In this document: positions 20,555 to 30,923 of the stretch, in pieces
Numbering within the stretch: the first letter of the stretch is position 1
Layout of the letters: every line of letters starts with the position of its first letter
Assembly (NCBI GenBank): GCA_003994795.1
Contig: AP018269.1
Location: 1,068,725-1,132,724, forward strand
Direction of reading: 5' to 3'
Origin: Cylindrospermum sp. NIES-4074
GTDB lineage: Bacteria; Cyanobacteriota; Cyanobacteriia; Cyanobacteriales; Nostocaceae
DNA length: 64,000 nucleotides
Translations under genes and position numbers: made by a program
Notes under the pieces: generated by a model
The model's database searches: none
Told to the model about the DNA's origin: nothing
The model's input: the letters and a program-made list of their open reading frames with translations, nothing else

Positions 20555-21020
20555 AGAATTTTCAAAATAAACTATTAACTTCCGTTATTATCCTACGAAG
20601 ATTTGATACATCAACACTCTATATTTGTCATCCAAAAAGGCTATTTCAGAAATTAGTAAAACTTAAGTTCGGAACAGGATCATCTCTGCGTGGTACTTCA
20701 TGACAAACCCTCTAGCATTATGTCTGAAGTGAGAAGTAACTAGGACTTACGCAAAATTATGAGGAAACGTTCGCGTAGCGTGCCGGAGGCATACCGCAAA
20801 GGACGCAAAGGAATAAGAGTTTTAGAGAGTTATTGCGTAAGTCCTGGGAACGACAAGCGCAATGGAGCGCAGGGCTTTCGGCGGTCAGGTGCAGCGCTTC
20901 TACACTTATAGGTGAGAGGTTAGAGTGTATTGCACTCAAAAGCAAACAGCTATTTGAGGCGATCGCATCGCACTCAGCACACCTTCCCATATCCGCAAAC
21001 CCCTGCTAAAAATAACTAGG

Positions 21021-22523
21021 ATGAACAAAGAGGTTAATCCGAAATCCAAAATTGCTATGACTTCCACACTGCCCGAAAGCGATACACCCAAAACCGATGC
21101 TGATTCCCTCAGTTGGGAAGAAGAACTAGACAGCGCCATTTTCACCTTTGAAGACATTCAAACGGAACTCAACTACAAACAGGCAAAAACGGCGCTGCGA
21201 AACTTGGTTAGCAATCTCGACCTCTCCCCCCAGGAAAAATCCGGTTTAGAGGCAGAAATTGCTGATTTAGAAACCATGCTGGGGAAATTAGAATGCATGG
21301 TGGTGCAGATTGCGGCTTTTGGTATGGTGGGACGTGGTAAGTCTTCCCTACTCAATGCTTTGGTTGGACAATCGGTATTTGAAACAGGGCCCTTGCATGG
21401 TGTTACCCGTGCTGAACAACGAGTTAACTGGAGTATTACTGAAGAAGCGATCGCCAAAAATCAACGCGCTTTCCGAGTCACTTTACCTGCGGTTGGACAA
21501 TCTCAGGTGGAATTAATTGACACTCCTGGTTTAGATGAAGTAGATGGTGAAACCCGTGCTGCTTTAGCTGAACAGGTAGCAAAACAGGCAGATTTAATCT
21601 TGTTTGTCGTTACTGCTGACATCACCAAGATAGAACATGAAGCCCTTTCTCAGTTGCGGGAAGCAGGTAAACCCATCATTTTGGTGTTTAACAAAATAGA
21701 CCAGTATCCAGAAACAGACAGGATGGCAATTTACCAAAAAATTCGGGATGAAAGGGTGCGAGAATTACTTTCCCCTGATGAAATTGTCATGGCAGCAGCA
21801 TCACCGTTGGTAAAGACAGCGGTTCGTCGTGCTGATGGCAGCAGGGGTGTACAGTTGCGTACAGGTAATGCCCAAGTTGACGAACTGAAGCTGAAGATTT
21901 TAGAGATTTTGCATCGTGAGGGTAAAGCTTTAGTTGCTCTCAATAGTATGCTTTATGCCGACAACATCAATGAACAGGTGGTGCAGCGTAAACTGACGAT
22001 TCGGGAACAGAACGCCAATCAGTTGATTTGGAAAGCGGTGATGACTAAAGCAGTGGCGATCGCACTCAATCCTGTAACTGTAGTGGATATACTTAGCAGT
22101 ATTGTGATTGATATGGCGCTGATTTTGGGTTTATCTCAACTCTACGGCATCCCCATGACAGAAGCTGGTGCTGTCAAATTGCTACAAAAAATCGCCCTGA
22201 GTATGGGCGGTATTGGTGCAAGTGAACTGTTAGCCAACTTGGGATTAAGTGGGTTAAAAACTTTACTGGGGATATCTGCATCAGCTACAGCTGGTATTGC
22301 TTTAGGCCCCTATATATCTGTGGCACTAACTCAAGCTGGGGTCGCAGGTGTTTCTTCTTATGGCATTGGACAAGTTACCAAAGCATATTTAGCCAATGGG
22401 GCAACTTGGGGGCCTGACGGGCCGAAAGCTGTAGTTAGTCGGATTTTAGCAACCCTTGATGAGGCTTCAATTCTCAACCGCATTAAAGATGAATTGCAAC
22501 TGAAATTAAAAGTCAAAAGGTAA
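21021..22523 (+). CDS. GTP-binding protein (Era/MMR_HSR1-type G domain with C-terminal DUF697-like membrane-associated domain)
   Basis: G1 'GMVGRGKSSLLNAL', G3 'DTPGLDE', G4 'NKID'. Hydrophobic C-terminal domain. Confidence 0.75.
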   Translation: MNKEVNPKSKIAMTSTLPESDTPKTDADSLSWEEELDSAIFTFEDIQTELNYKQAKTALRNLVSNLDLSPQEKSGLEAEIADLETMLGKLECMVVQIAAFGMVGRGKSSLLNALVGQSVFETGPLHGVTRAEQRVNWSITEEAIAKNQRAFRVTLPAVGQSQVELIDTPGLDEVDGETRAALAEQVAKQADLILFVVTADITKIEHEALSQLREAGKPIILVFNKIDQYPETDRMAIYQKIRDERVRELLSPDEIVMAAASPLVKTAVRRADGSRGVQLRTGNAQVDELKLKILEILHREGKALVALNSMLYADNINEQVVQRKLTIREQNANQLIWKAVMTKAVAIALNPVTVVDILSSIVIDMALILGLSQLYGIPMTEAGAVKLLQKIALSMGGIGASELLANLGLSGLKTLLGISASATAGIALGPYISVALTQAGVAGVSSYGIGQVTKAYLANGATWGPDGPKAVVSRILATLDEASILNRIKDELQLKLKVKR

Positions 22524-22544
22524 GCTAATCAAAAGTCCGCCAAT

Positions 22545-22973
22545 TTAGTTTTTCCAGAGTTTTTTGAAGAAGAAATAAACTATTGCCCCTTTTCTACCGT
22601 TGACTCCATTAACTACGTAACCGTCGGCATCACGTACAGTCCCGTCTTGCTGGACATTACCAACTATATAGTCGTTGGCATTACGTAAAGTTCCATTTGA
22701 ATGAATATTGCCAAGTATGTAGCCGTCGTAATCACGTACAGTTCCATCTTGCTGGATATTGCCAACTATGGAACCGTTGGCATTACGTACAGTCCCATCT
22801 TGCTGGATATTGCCAATTAGGGTGCCGTTATTGCTTCTGATGGTGCCATTCTGCTCAATCGTGAGACTCATTAGTGTACCTTTAGTTTGGATGGGAAATT
22901 GAGCGCTGCCTATACCCGTATTGCCTATCACCAAAGACGCTGCCAAGAATGGTAATAATATAAGTCTTTTCAC
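22545..22973 (-). CDS. secreted tandem-repeat protein (signal peptide + five roughly 17-aa 'xANGxIVGNIQQDGTVR' repeats)
   Basis: Signal peptide 'MKRLILLPFLAASLVIGNTGIGSA' and repeats visible in translation. Confidence 0.5.
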   Translation of the reverse strand: MKRLILLPFLAASLVIGNTGIGSAQFPIQTKGTLMSLTIEQNGTIRSNNGTLIGNIQQDGTVRNANGSIVGNIQQDGTVRDYDGYILGNIHSNGTLRNANDYIVGNVQQDGTVRDADGYVVNGVNGRKGAIVYFFFKKLWKN

Positions 22974-23124
22974 GTAGATTTAGTTTGGTAAATTAATTCC
23001 GTTAGTATAAAGCAAACACCAAGATTATACAAGTAGCAATAAAGATAAATTTCACTTAGAGATTGGTGATGGGGAAGATGGGAATGGGGATTCAGACCCC
23101 ACCCAAATGTTAAAGGGGTTGCAT

Positions 23125-24744
23125 TTATTCTTTATTTTTGAAAGAATCTAACCAATCTCGGACTTGTTCTTGGGCGATATCTCGACCACCTAGACCAAAA
23201 GCTAAAGCAATAGCAACAGCGATCGCACCGAGTAAAAGCCCAAAGGCTAAATTTACAATATCAGGGGCAACACCAATCTGTTGCAATGCCATTGCCGAAA
23301 CCAAGGTAATGATGGAAATCCGCGCTACCTGACCTAAAATCTTGGCTTGGGGATTGCCAGAACTGCTAATGATGCTAAAAGCCAGATTTGCCAAAAATAA
23401 ACCAATGGCAAATACTACAAATCCCGATAAAATCCGCCCCAATACTAGCAAAATACCTGTCACCAATACTGTCAGCGCCGAAATATTCAGAATATTGACT
23501 GCTGCCACAGTCCCAAATAAGATGATGCCGACTAAGGTAATAATGCCAGCAATTTCCGATGGGGTGCGGGTTGGTGTTACGGGTATGGTTTCATCTTCTG
23601 AAGCAACGGTTGGTGTAGTGGGTGATGGCAAACCCAAGACAGCGAAAATGTTATTAAAACCTAAACTGGTGAGAATAGAGGTGACAATATCTGCCACAAA
23701 CCGACCGAGGAAATAGGCAACAATCAAAATTCCTACTGCTGTGAAAATCGCAGGTAGGGTATTAAGAATTTGTTGCAGCATGGCAATTGCTGGAGTTGAG
23801 ATAGCCTCAATTTTGAGAGCATTTAGTGAAGCGATCACCACAGGCAGCAAAATCAAAATATAAGCGATCGCCCCGATAATCGTTGATAAAGACTGTACCC
23901 GCGTTGTTGGAGACAGTCCCAAGCGACTTCCTAAATGGTCGATACCTGTTGTTTTCAGCAAATTGCTGACAATCCTCCGCACCACATTAGCCAAAAACCA
24001 GCCAATGGTGGCAATTAGCGCCGCTGCCAGGATATTGGGTACAGTTGACAGAATCGGTTGAATTAAGGCTTTAAGTGGTTGTAATGCTTCCTTGAGTTCC
24101 AGTGTCTCCAAAACCGGGATGAGAGACAATAACAGAATGAACCAATACAGGCCATTCCCAATTGTCTTACTTACAGACAACTGACTCAGGTTGGGTGTAC
24201 CGTCTTCAGCAGCTTGATTCAAAAACTCATCTAGTTTAAACGTTTCTAGTCCGCGAATTGTGACTATCCTGACAACGGTTGCTAATAACCAAGCAGCACC
24301 CAAAATGATGCCCGCAAAAGCCGCATTCAGCAAAGAAATGCCAATTAGTTGATTGAGAAAACCAGTAAGCGGTCGAGATGCACCCTCTAACCCCAGCACT
24401 TGTAAAATAGCTACTACTGTTAACAGGATGATGCTCCAAAAAACCAAGTCAGAGATTAATTTCTCCACCTGGGGAAGATCCTGACGGCCTGTCACCCCTG
24501 AAGCAATGCGGTTATCTATATTCGTGCGTTTGAGAATTTTATGCGTCACAGATGCAGCGATCGCCGCAATCACCCAACCAACTAACAAAATTGCCACAGC
24601 CCCCAGCAACCGGGGCATAAACTCAGTTAGCTGTTCGGCAATTCCTGGCTTGACTCCTGATGTCTCTGTTGGCAAACTGGGCAGTTGTGCTAAAAATTGC
24701 TGCACACATATTGCCTGGGTGATTCCTGGCCAAGTTGTGTTCAT
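23125..24744 (-). CDS. polytopic membrane protein made of repeated 'conserved TM helix' modules
   Basis: At least 5 similar modules (e.g. 'LxxIIGAIAYILILLPVVIASLNAL'). No MscS core detected. Confidence 0.5.
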   Translation of the reverse strand: MNTTWPGITQAICVQQFLAQLPSLPTETSGVKPGIAEQLTEFMPRLLGAVAILLVGWVIAAIAASVTHKILKRTNIDNRIASGVTGRQDLPQVEKLISDLVFWSIILLTVVAILQVLGLEGASRPLTGFLNQLIGISLLNAAFAGIILGAAWLLATVVRIVTIRGLETFKLDEFLNQAAEDGTPNLSQLSVSKTIGNGLYWFILLLSLIPVLETLELKEALQPLKALIQPILSTVPNILAAALIATIGWFLANVVRRIVSNLLKTTGIDHLGSRLGLSPTTRVQSLSTIIGAIAYILILLPVVIASLNALKIEAISTPAIAMLQQILNTLPAIFTAVGILIVAYFLGRFVADIVTSILTSLGFNNIFAVLGLPSPTTPTVASEDETIPVTPTRTPSEIAGIITLVGIILFGTVAAVNILNISALTVLVTGILLVLGRILSGFVVFAIGLFLANLAFSIISSSGNPQAKILGQVARISIITLVSAMALQQIGVAPDIVNLAFGLLLGAIAVAIALAFGLGGRDIAQEQVRDWLDSFKNKE

Positions 24745-24993
24745 GGTTTTTCAGAATTAAGGTTAATTGTTCGCCAAAAACACTTGGGATGTTTACGGGG
24801 TCAATTGCACTTAACAATCTTAAACCCCCGCAAGTTAACTTATATTTTGGCCTTAATTTACCATTGACATACTCCCCAGCCTAAAGGCGTGGGGATTCTG
24901 GGGTCAAACAGCAATTGCAGGCATTGCCCGTCTTACATCGCCTAACCCAATGGTTAATGCCCCAACCATTTGACCCTTCGGCTTCGCTCAGGG

Positions 24994-25086
24994 TCAACGG
25001 TGAGCGAAGCCGAACCGTTGAATATTCTTGGCCGCGTTGTCGTCCCTACCGTTCACTTGTTGACAAGATGGACAACGCCACTCTCT
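24994..25086 (-). pseudogene. C-terminal remnant of an IS200/IS605-family TnpB (zinc-finger tail only)
   Basis: 'REWRCPSCQQVNGRDDNAAKNIQRFGF' matches the TnpB C-terminal CxxC...RDxNAAxNI signature. The upstream part of the track ORF is unrelated antisense sequence. Confidence 0.55.
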
Positions 25087-25149
25087 AACCGACAAATCAG
25101 TTTTCATGTTGTCCATGATAACATACATGGGTAGCCATTGGATAGCAAC

Positions 25150-25287
25150 ATGAAAGAAAGATTGAGTGTACGGGTTGATTCTCAAAGACTTGAAAAACTT
25201 AGAACAGTTGCTAAACAAAAGCGCAAAACCATGACTCAGTTAATTGAAGACTGGATTGACAGGTTGCAGGAAGAAAAGCCGTCCTAG
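25150..25287 (+). CDS. small ribbon-helix-helix (CopG/antitoxin-like) protein, 45 aa (below ORF-track cutoff)
   Basis: 'MKERLSVRVDSQRLEKLRTVAKQKRKTMTQLIEDWIDRLQEEKPS' follows the RHH beta-alpha-alpha pattern. Imperfect hairpin after the stop. Confidence 0.45.
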   Translation: MKERLSVRVDSQRLEKLRTVAKQKRKTMTQLIEDWIDRLQEEKPS

Positions 25288-25374
25288 AAAGACGGGGCTT
25301 TAAACCCAGTTTTTCGGTAATGTGCTGTCAGCGCTTGATTTTGCGCTAATCTAAGTACAAAACAGCATCAAAAA

Positions 25375-25836
25375 TTGAGCATGTCCCAAATCTTGGAGCA
25401 ATCGGTTCAAATTAATGCCACAGCTACGGTAGTAGAGCGCTGTTTTACTGATTTAGCTCTCATGCACCGCTGGCTTAACCCTGTCCTCCGTTGCGAACCT
25501 GTGGGGGAAGTCTGGAGTACTGAGGTTGGTAGTCAAAGTCGCTTTGTGATTCAAATTCCTTTACTCAACCCTACCTTAAACAGCGTTGTTGTAGAACGAC
25601 AACCGGGTTTAGTTGTCTGGGAATTCCAGGGATTTTTTCAAGGATGCGATCGCTGGGAATGTCAACCAATAAAAAATGGTACACTACTACTGAACCGTTT
25701 TGAGTTCAAGGTTCCCAACCCCTTAGTGAGTTGGGGTTTCCAAACCTTCGCCGCATCTTGGACAAAAGCAGATATGGAAGCACAACTCCGTCGTCTCAAA
25801 CTAGTTGCAGAGTCATTGGTAATGGGTAATGGGTAA
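25375..25836 (+). CDS. SRPBCC (START/Bet v1/polyketide-cyclase-like) family protein
   Basis: Length and the pattern 'ERCFTDLALMHRWLNPV...' are typical of SRPBCC ligand-binding proteins. Confidence 0.55.
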   Translation: MSMSQILEQSVQINATATVVERCFTDLALMHRWLNPVLRCEPVGEVWSTEVGSQSRFVIQIPLLNPTLNSVVVERQPGLVVWEFQGFFQGCDRWECQPIKNGTLLLNRFEFKVPNPLVSWGFQTFAASWTKADMEAQLRRLKLVAESLVMGNG

Positions 25837-25896
25837 TGGGTAATGAATTATCCCCTCTGCTCCCCACACTCCCCACACTCCCCACACTCCCCACAC
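25827..25896. repeat. STRR tracts (gggtaat x4; ctccccaca x4)
   Basis: Directly visible. Confidence 0.8.
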
Positions 25897-25905
25897 TCCT
25901 GTGCC

Positions 25906-26730
25906 TCAACCATTTTTAGCCAATTTGGCAAGTAATTGGCGAATCACAAGGGCATCTTCAGCATCGGGAACCTTTGCTAGATAACTTTGTAAGTCTTCTA
26001 TAGCTTGGGGATAGCGACGAAGTTGATAATATAGCAAACCGCGATCGCGCAATTCTAAAGTTACCCCAGGAAACAGTAGCAAAATGCGTTCAACTGCTGC
26101 TAAGGTTCTTTCTAAATCCTGCTGTTTGAGGTAAATATATTTTAAATTCGTCAGCATCCGCGCCAAAAATTGCCGATGGCTAACTACTGCTAAAAATTCC
26201 GGTTGTAGCGTTACAGGTTGCTGATAAATTTGCGAGAGCCTTTCCTGGCAATCTTGTGCAAATATTACTTCACCTTTATTGAAGGCATCAACAAAAATCT
26301 CAATTTCTGGAATATCTGGACGGATTAAGAAATGTCCTGGCATCCCCACTCCCACCATCGGGAAATCAATCCTGCGAGCCACTTCCAGGTAAACCAACGC
26401 CAAGGTAATCGGAATTCCTTGACGGCGCTCAATCACATCATTTAAAAAGCTGTTACGTGGATCATAATAGTCTGTTCTATTACCATCAAATTCCAAGTCT
26501 TCGTAGAGATACTGATTAATACTTTGAATTATCCGCAGAGGATACCGTGAGTCAGGTAAGCGTTCTTGCAGCTCGTCTGCCATTGTATCAAGGGCGTTGA
26601 GGTATTCTTCTGGATCAATGTCAGGGTATTCTTCCTGTGCAATGTACAAAGCTGCCTTAGCCAGGTCGATATGCTCGTCAGGCTGCTGAATCTCTTGGTA
26701 AAAATATTGTCGTGCTGACGAGAAATTCAT
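25906..26730 (-). CDS. SirB1/UPF0162-family protein (transglutaminase-like N-domain + TPR C-domain)
   Basis: 'QGIPITLALVYLEVARR' transglutaminase-like core followed by TPR-like helices. Confidence 0.65.
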   Translation of the reverse strand: MNFSSARQYFYQEIQQPDEHIDLAKAALYIAQEEYPDIDPEEYLNALDTMADELQERLPDSRYPLRIIQSINQYLYEDLEFDGNRTDYYDPRNSFLNDVIERRQGIPITLALVYLEVARRIDFPMVGVGMPGHFLIRPDIPEIEIFVDAFNKGEVIFAQDCQERLSQIYQQPVTLQPEFLAVVSHRQFLARMLTNLKYIYLKQQDLERTLAAVERILLLFPGVTLELRDRGLLYYQLRRYPQAIEDLQSYLAKVPDAEDALVIRQLLAKLAKNG

Positions 26731-27253
26731 AAGCGATCACAGGAAATGTGGAAGTAATGAGGATGAAGCGGCAGGGGCGCAACTGAAAACTGTTTTCGTG
26801 TGTCTACTCTTATCTTAGGGATATTTAGAGAATTTTGAAATTTAGCTTAAAAAGTAGAAGCCTCTCGCCTACCCGATAGGGAGGTGATGAAATGAATACG
26901 AGTGAGTTGACGACAGTTCTCCGACCAACGCCGCAGGCGAGGGAGATTTTGCAGGTCGTCTACTTGCTTTCGGCGTTACTTCACTGCTGAAGCGCAAACA
27001 AGCTAAAGCATAAATTCAACGCTAACCGACTTCAAAGACTGCCGTCTCTGCTAGCTAGACGCGGCAGTTTTGATTTTCAGCTTCATGGCGATCGCCTACC
27101 GCCAGCCGTAATCATCAGTTTATAATCATCACTACTCACTCTCAAAAGACACCGAGCTTCTTTTTAAGGAATTGCTAAGGGAGTTAGTCGCCGTCCAATG
27201 ATAGAGTTAAAGATGACATCGCTTGAATTTATGTCTTCTACGACCCTATCTGA

Positions 27254-28728
<1,475 letters not shown>

Positions 28729-28729
<1 letters not shown>

Positions 28730-28860
28730 TAGGTAGTGGGTAATGGGTAATGGGTAATGGGTAATGGGTAATAGGTATTTTTCCAATCACCTCTTTTCCA
28801 ATTACCCTTTTCTCAATTACCAATTAGCAATTACCAATTAGCAATTACCAATTAGCAATA
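28729..28860. repeat. STRR heptamer hairpin between atpD and atpC (gggtaat x5 opposed to attaccc/aattacc tracts)
   Basis: Directly visible. Confidence 0.85.
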
Positions 28861-29273
28861 TGAGCCTAACCGTACGTGTACTTTCCCCAGATAAAACAGT
28901 GTGGGATGCTGTAGCTGAAGAAGTAGTTTTACCTAGCACTACTGGTCAACTAGGCATCCTCAGTGGCCACGCGCCCCTGCTGACCGCCCTAGATACGGGT
29001 GTAATGCGCGTCCGTGGCAGCAAAACTCAAGATTGGCAAGCGATCGCTCTTTTGGGTGGCTTTGCTGAAGTAGACCAAGATGAAGTGACAATTCTGGTCA
29101 ACGGTGCTGAACGTGGCGACAAAATCAACCTCGAAGAAGCCCGTACTGCTTTTAACCAAGCACAAACCCGCCTCAATCAAGTGGCAGCTGGCGATCGCCA
29201 AGCACAAATCCAGGCAACTCAAGCCTTCAAACGTGCCCGCGCTCGTTTTCAAGCCGCTGGCGGTTTAGTGTAA
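28860..29273 (+). CDS. atpC: ATP synthase F1 epsilon subunit
   Basis: '[38 protein letters not shown]' is the epsilon N-terminal beta-sandwich. Confidence 0.9.
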   Translation: MSLTVRVLSPDKTVWDAVAEEVVLPSTTGQLGILSGHAPLLTALDTGVMRVRGSKTQDWQAIALLGGFAEVDQDEVTILVNGAERGDKINLEEARTAFNQAQTRLNQVAAGDRQAQIQATQAFKRARARFQAAGGLV

Positions 29274-29412
29274 AAGGTAAATTGGCAATTTTGCAATTCG
29301 ATATTGCATGGTGACACAAGTCATCATGCAAATTTTTATATTCAAAATACTTTTGGCTCTTTACAAGAGCGCATCACATTCTGCCCTTTAGACTGTCAAA
29401 TAATAAGCATAT

Positions 29413-30516
29413 TTATACGCTTGGTGTGGTTTTGTTTTTTGTCTGCTTACTTTCAGCACCCCTATCTGCTAGTTGACGTTTGAGTTGTTTCTGTTGAGTT
29501 GCTTCTGTAGAAGTAACTAATTCTTCATAAAGTTCCTCTTCTTCAGACTTTAACTCCTGGACAAGTTCATCTAATTTGTGTCTAACATCAAGAAGGTTTT
29601 CTGTTTTTTTATCAATTTCCCAATAATAATCGCATAGTCTAATAAAAGTAGCTTTACTTTTATCTTCTCTTAAAATCGTATAAAATTCTTCGTAAGTTAT
29701 TACCTTGCCGTCAGACTTAATAGCAACTTCACCGATGGAATCCTGAATATCTGTCCAAATTCTGTGTTCACCTCCCCATAATTCTCTAAGTTCATTAACT
29801 TTTTTAATCACTGTATCAATATGCTTATTATATTGATAAGCTTGTACAGTAAAAGGCATATTATTACGAATCTTTCTAGCATATGTCATGTAGCAGATTG
29901 TTAAATATAGACTAGAAAAAGCAAAGTGATGTGCGCTAGCATTACACCTGTTGACATAATTTTTCCATTCATCTACATAGTCTTCTGTAACATGGTCTTT
30001 TGCATATTTAATCACCCATTCAAACTCTATTAATTTTTCCAATCCCTTCAATTCTTCTGGCAGTGTCTTTTGTTTGTCCTTGAGTGCTGCTTCATCTTGG
30101 CTTTTTGGTCTATATTGATCAAAATTCTCCAATTTTTTAACAGAATTTTTCTCTTGCTTATCTATTGACGTTTGCGGGTGAATATTTAGCCTTTCTTTGA
30201 AAATAGCATCAAGTCGTACAACTAGTTCTTCAGCAGCAAGCCTTAAAGGGTTTAAATAATCTTTTCTTAAATCAGCTATTTCTTTTCTTCTTTGTTCTTC
30301 TTGTTCTAATTCAAACTTTTTTTCTACTGTTTTAATTCGAGAAGAGTATGCAATCCAGGAAGTTATTAAACCGCTGATAGCACCACCTATTAAACCTAAG
30401 ATTCCTCCTTGGGAAGATGCTGTGTTTGAATCAGCAGGATTATTTGTCTGTCCAAAAACAGGAAGTTGAAAAGTAATGATAAATATTATGAGTGTCAACA
30501 AGAAACTTTTTTTCAT
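29413..30516 (-). CDS. hypothetical membrane-anchored coiled-coil protein (signal/TM + glycine-zipper helix), AT-rich
   Basis: N-terminal 'MKKSFLLTLIIFIITFQLPVFG' and 'GGILGLIGGAISGLITSWIAY'. K/E-rich coiled coil. The gene and its flanks 29280..30920 are much AT-richer than the neighbouring atp genes. Confidence 0.5.
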   Translation of the reverse strand: MKKSFLLTLIIFIITFQLPVFGQTNNPADSNTASSQGGILGLIGGAISGLITSWIAYSSRIKTVEKKFELEQEEQRRKEIADLRKDYLNPLRLAAEELVVRLDAIFKERLNIHPQTSIDKQEKNSVKKLENFDQYRPKSQDEAALKDKQKTLPEELKGLEKLIEFEWVIKYAKDHVTEDYVDEWKNYVNRCNASAHHFAFSSLYLTICYMTYARKIRNNMPFTVQAYQYNKHIDTVIKKVNELRELWGGEHRIWTDIQDSIGEVAIKSDGKVITYEEFYTILREDKSKATFIRLCDYYWEIDKKTENLLDVRHKLDELVQELKSEEEELYEELVTSTEATQQKQLKRQLADRGAESKQTKNKTTPSV

Positions 30517-30923
30517 CTCATTTGAACCTTAGCTATTTTTATAAAAATCTTTAAATTTTATCCTGCCATAACCTTTATAGAACCTTGTAGCTCACAAGAA
30601 CGCTTTGGATAAGGTCGAGCTTAGGTAGATAAGCACTTAAGTAAACAAACCATAAGCTTTTCTAGCCTATAATTCATAAATCCAAAGATAGATATTAAGC
30701 CTGAAGTCTGACAACTCTTGTCATACCTAGATTTGATTATTTGCTACCTTAGTTTCACATAGACCGACGAGATTAAGCCATAACTAATAAAAGTTGCAAT
30801 TTTATAATAGTAATTTTACTTAGAGATTAGATGTAAAAAATTGTATTTATTATTTTTGAGAATATTAGAGCAAGTTTAAGAAATTCAAGGGACTCTTGCT
30901 GAAGTGATAGCTTGGGTAATTAG

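Noticed and set aside
20757-21157. ORFs 20757..20990 and 20936..21157 (minus)
   Set aside because: They overlap the GTPase promoter/5' region and the inverted-repeat structure. Translation is Cys/Ser-rich low complexity with no motifs.
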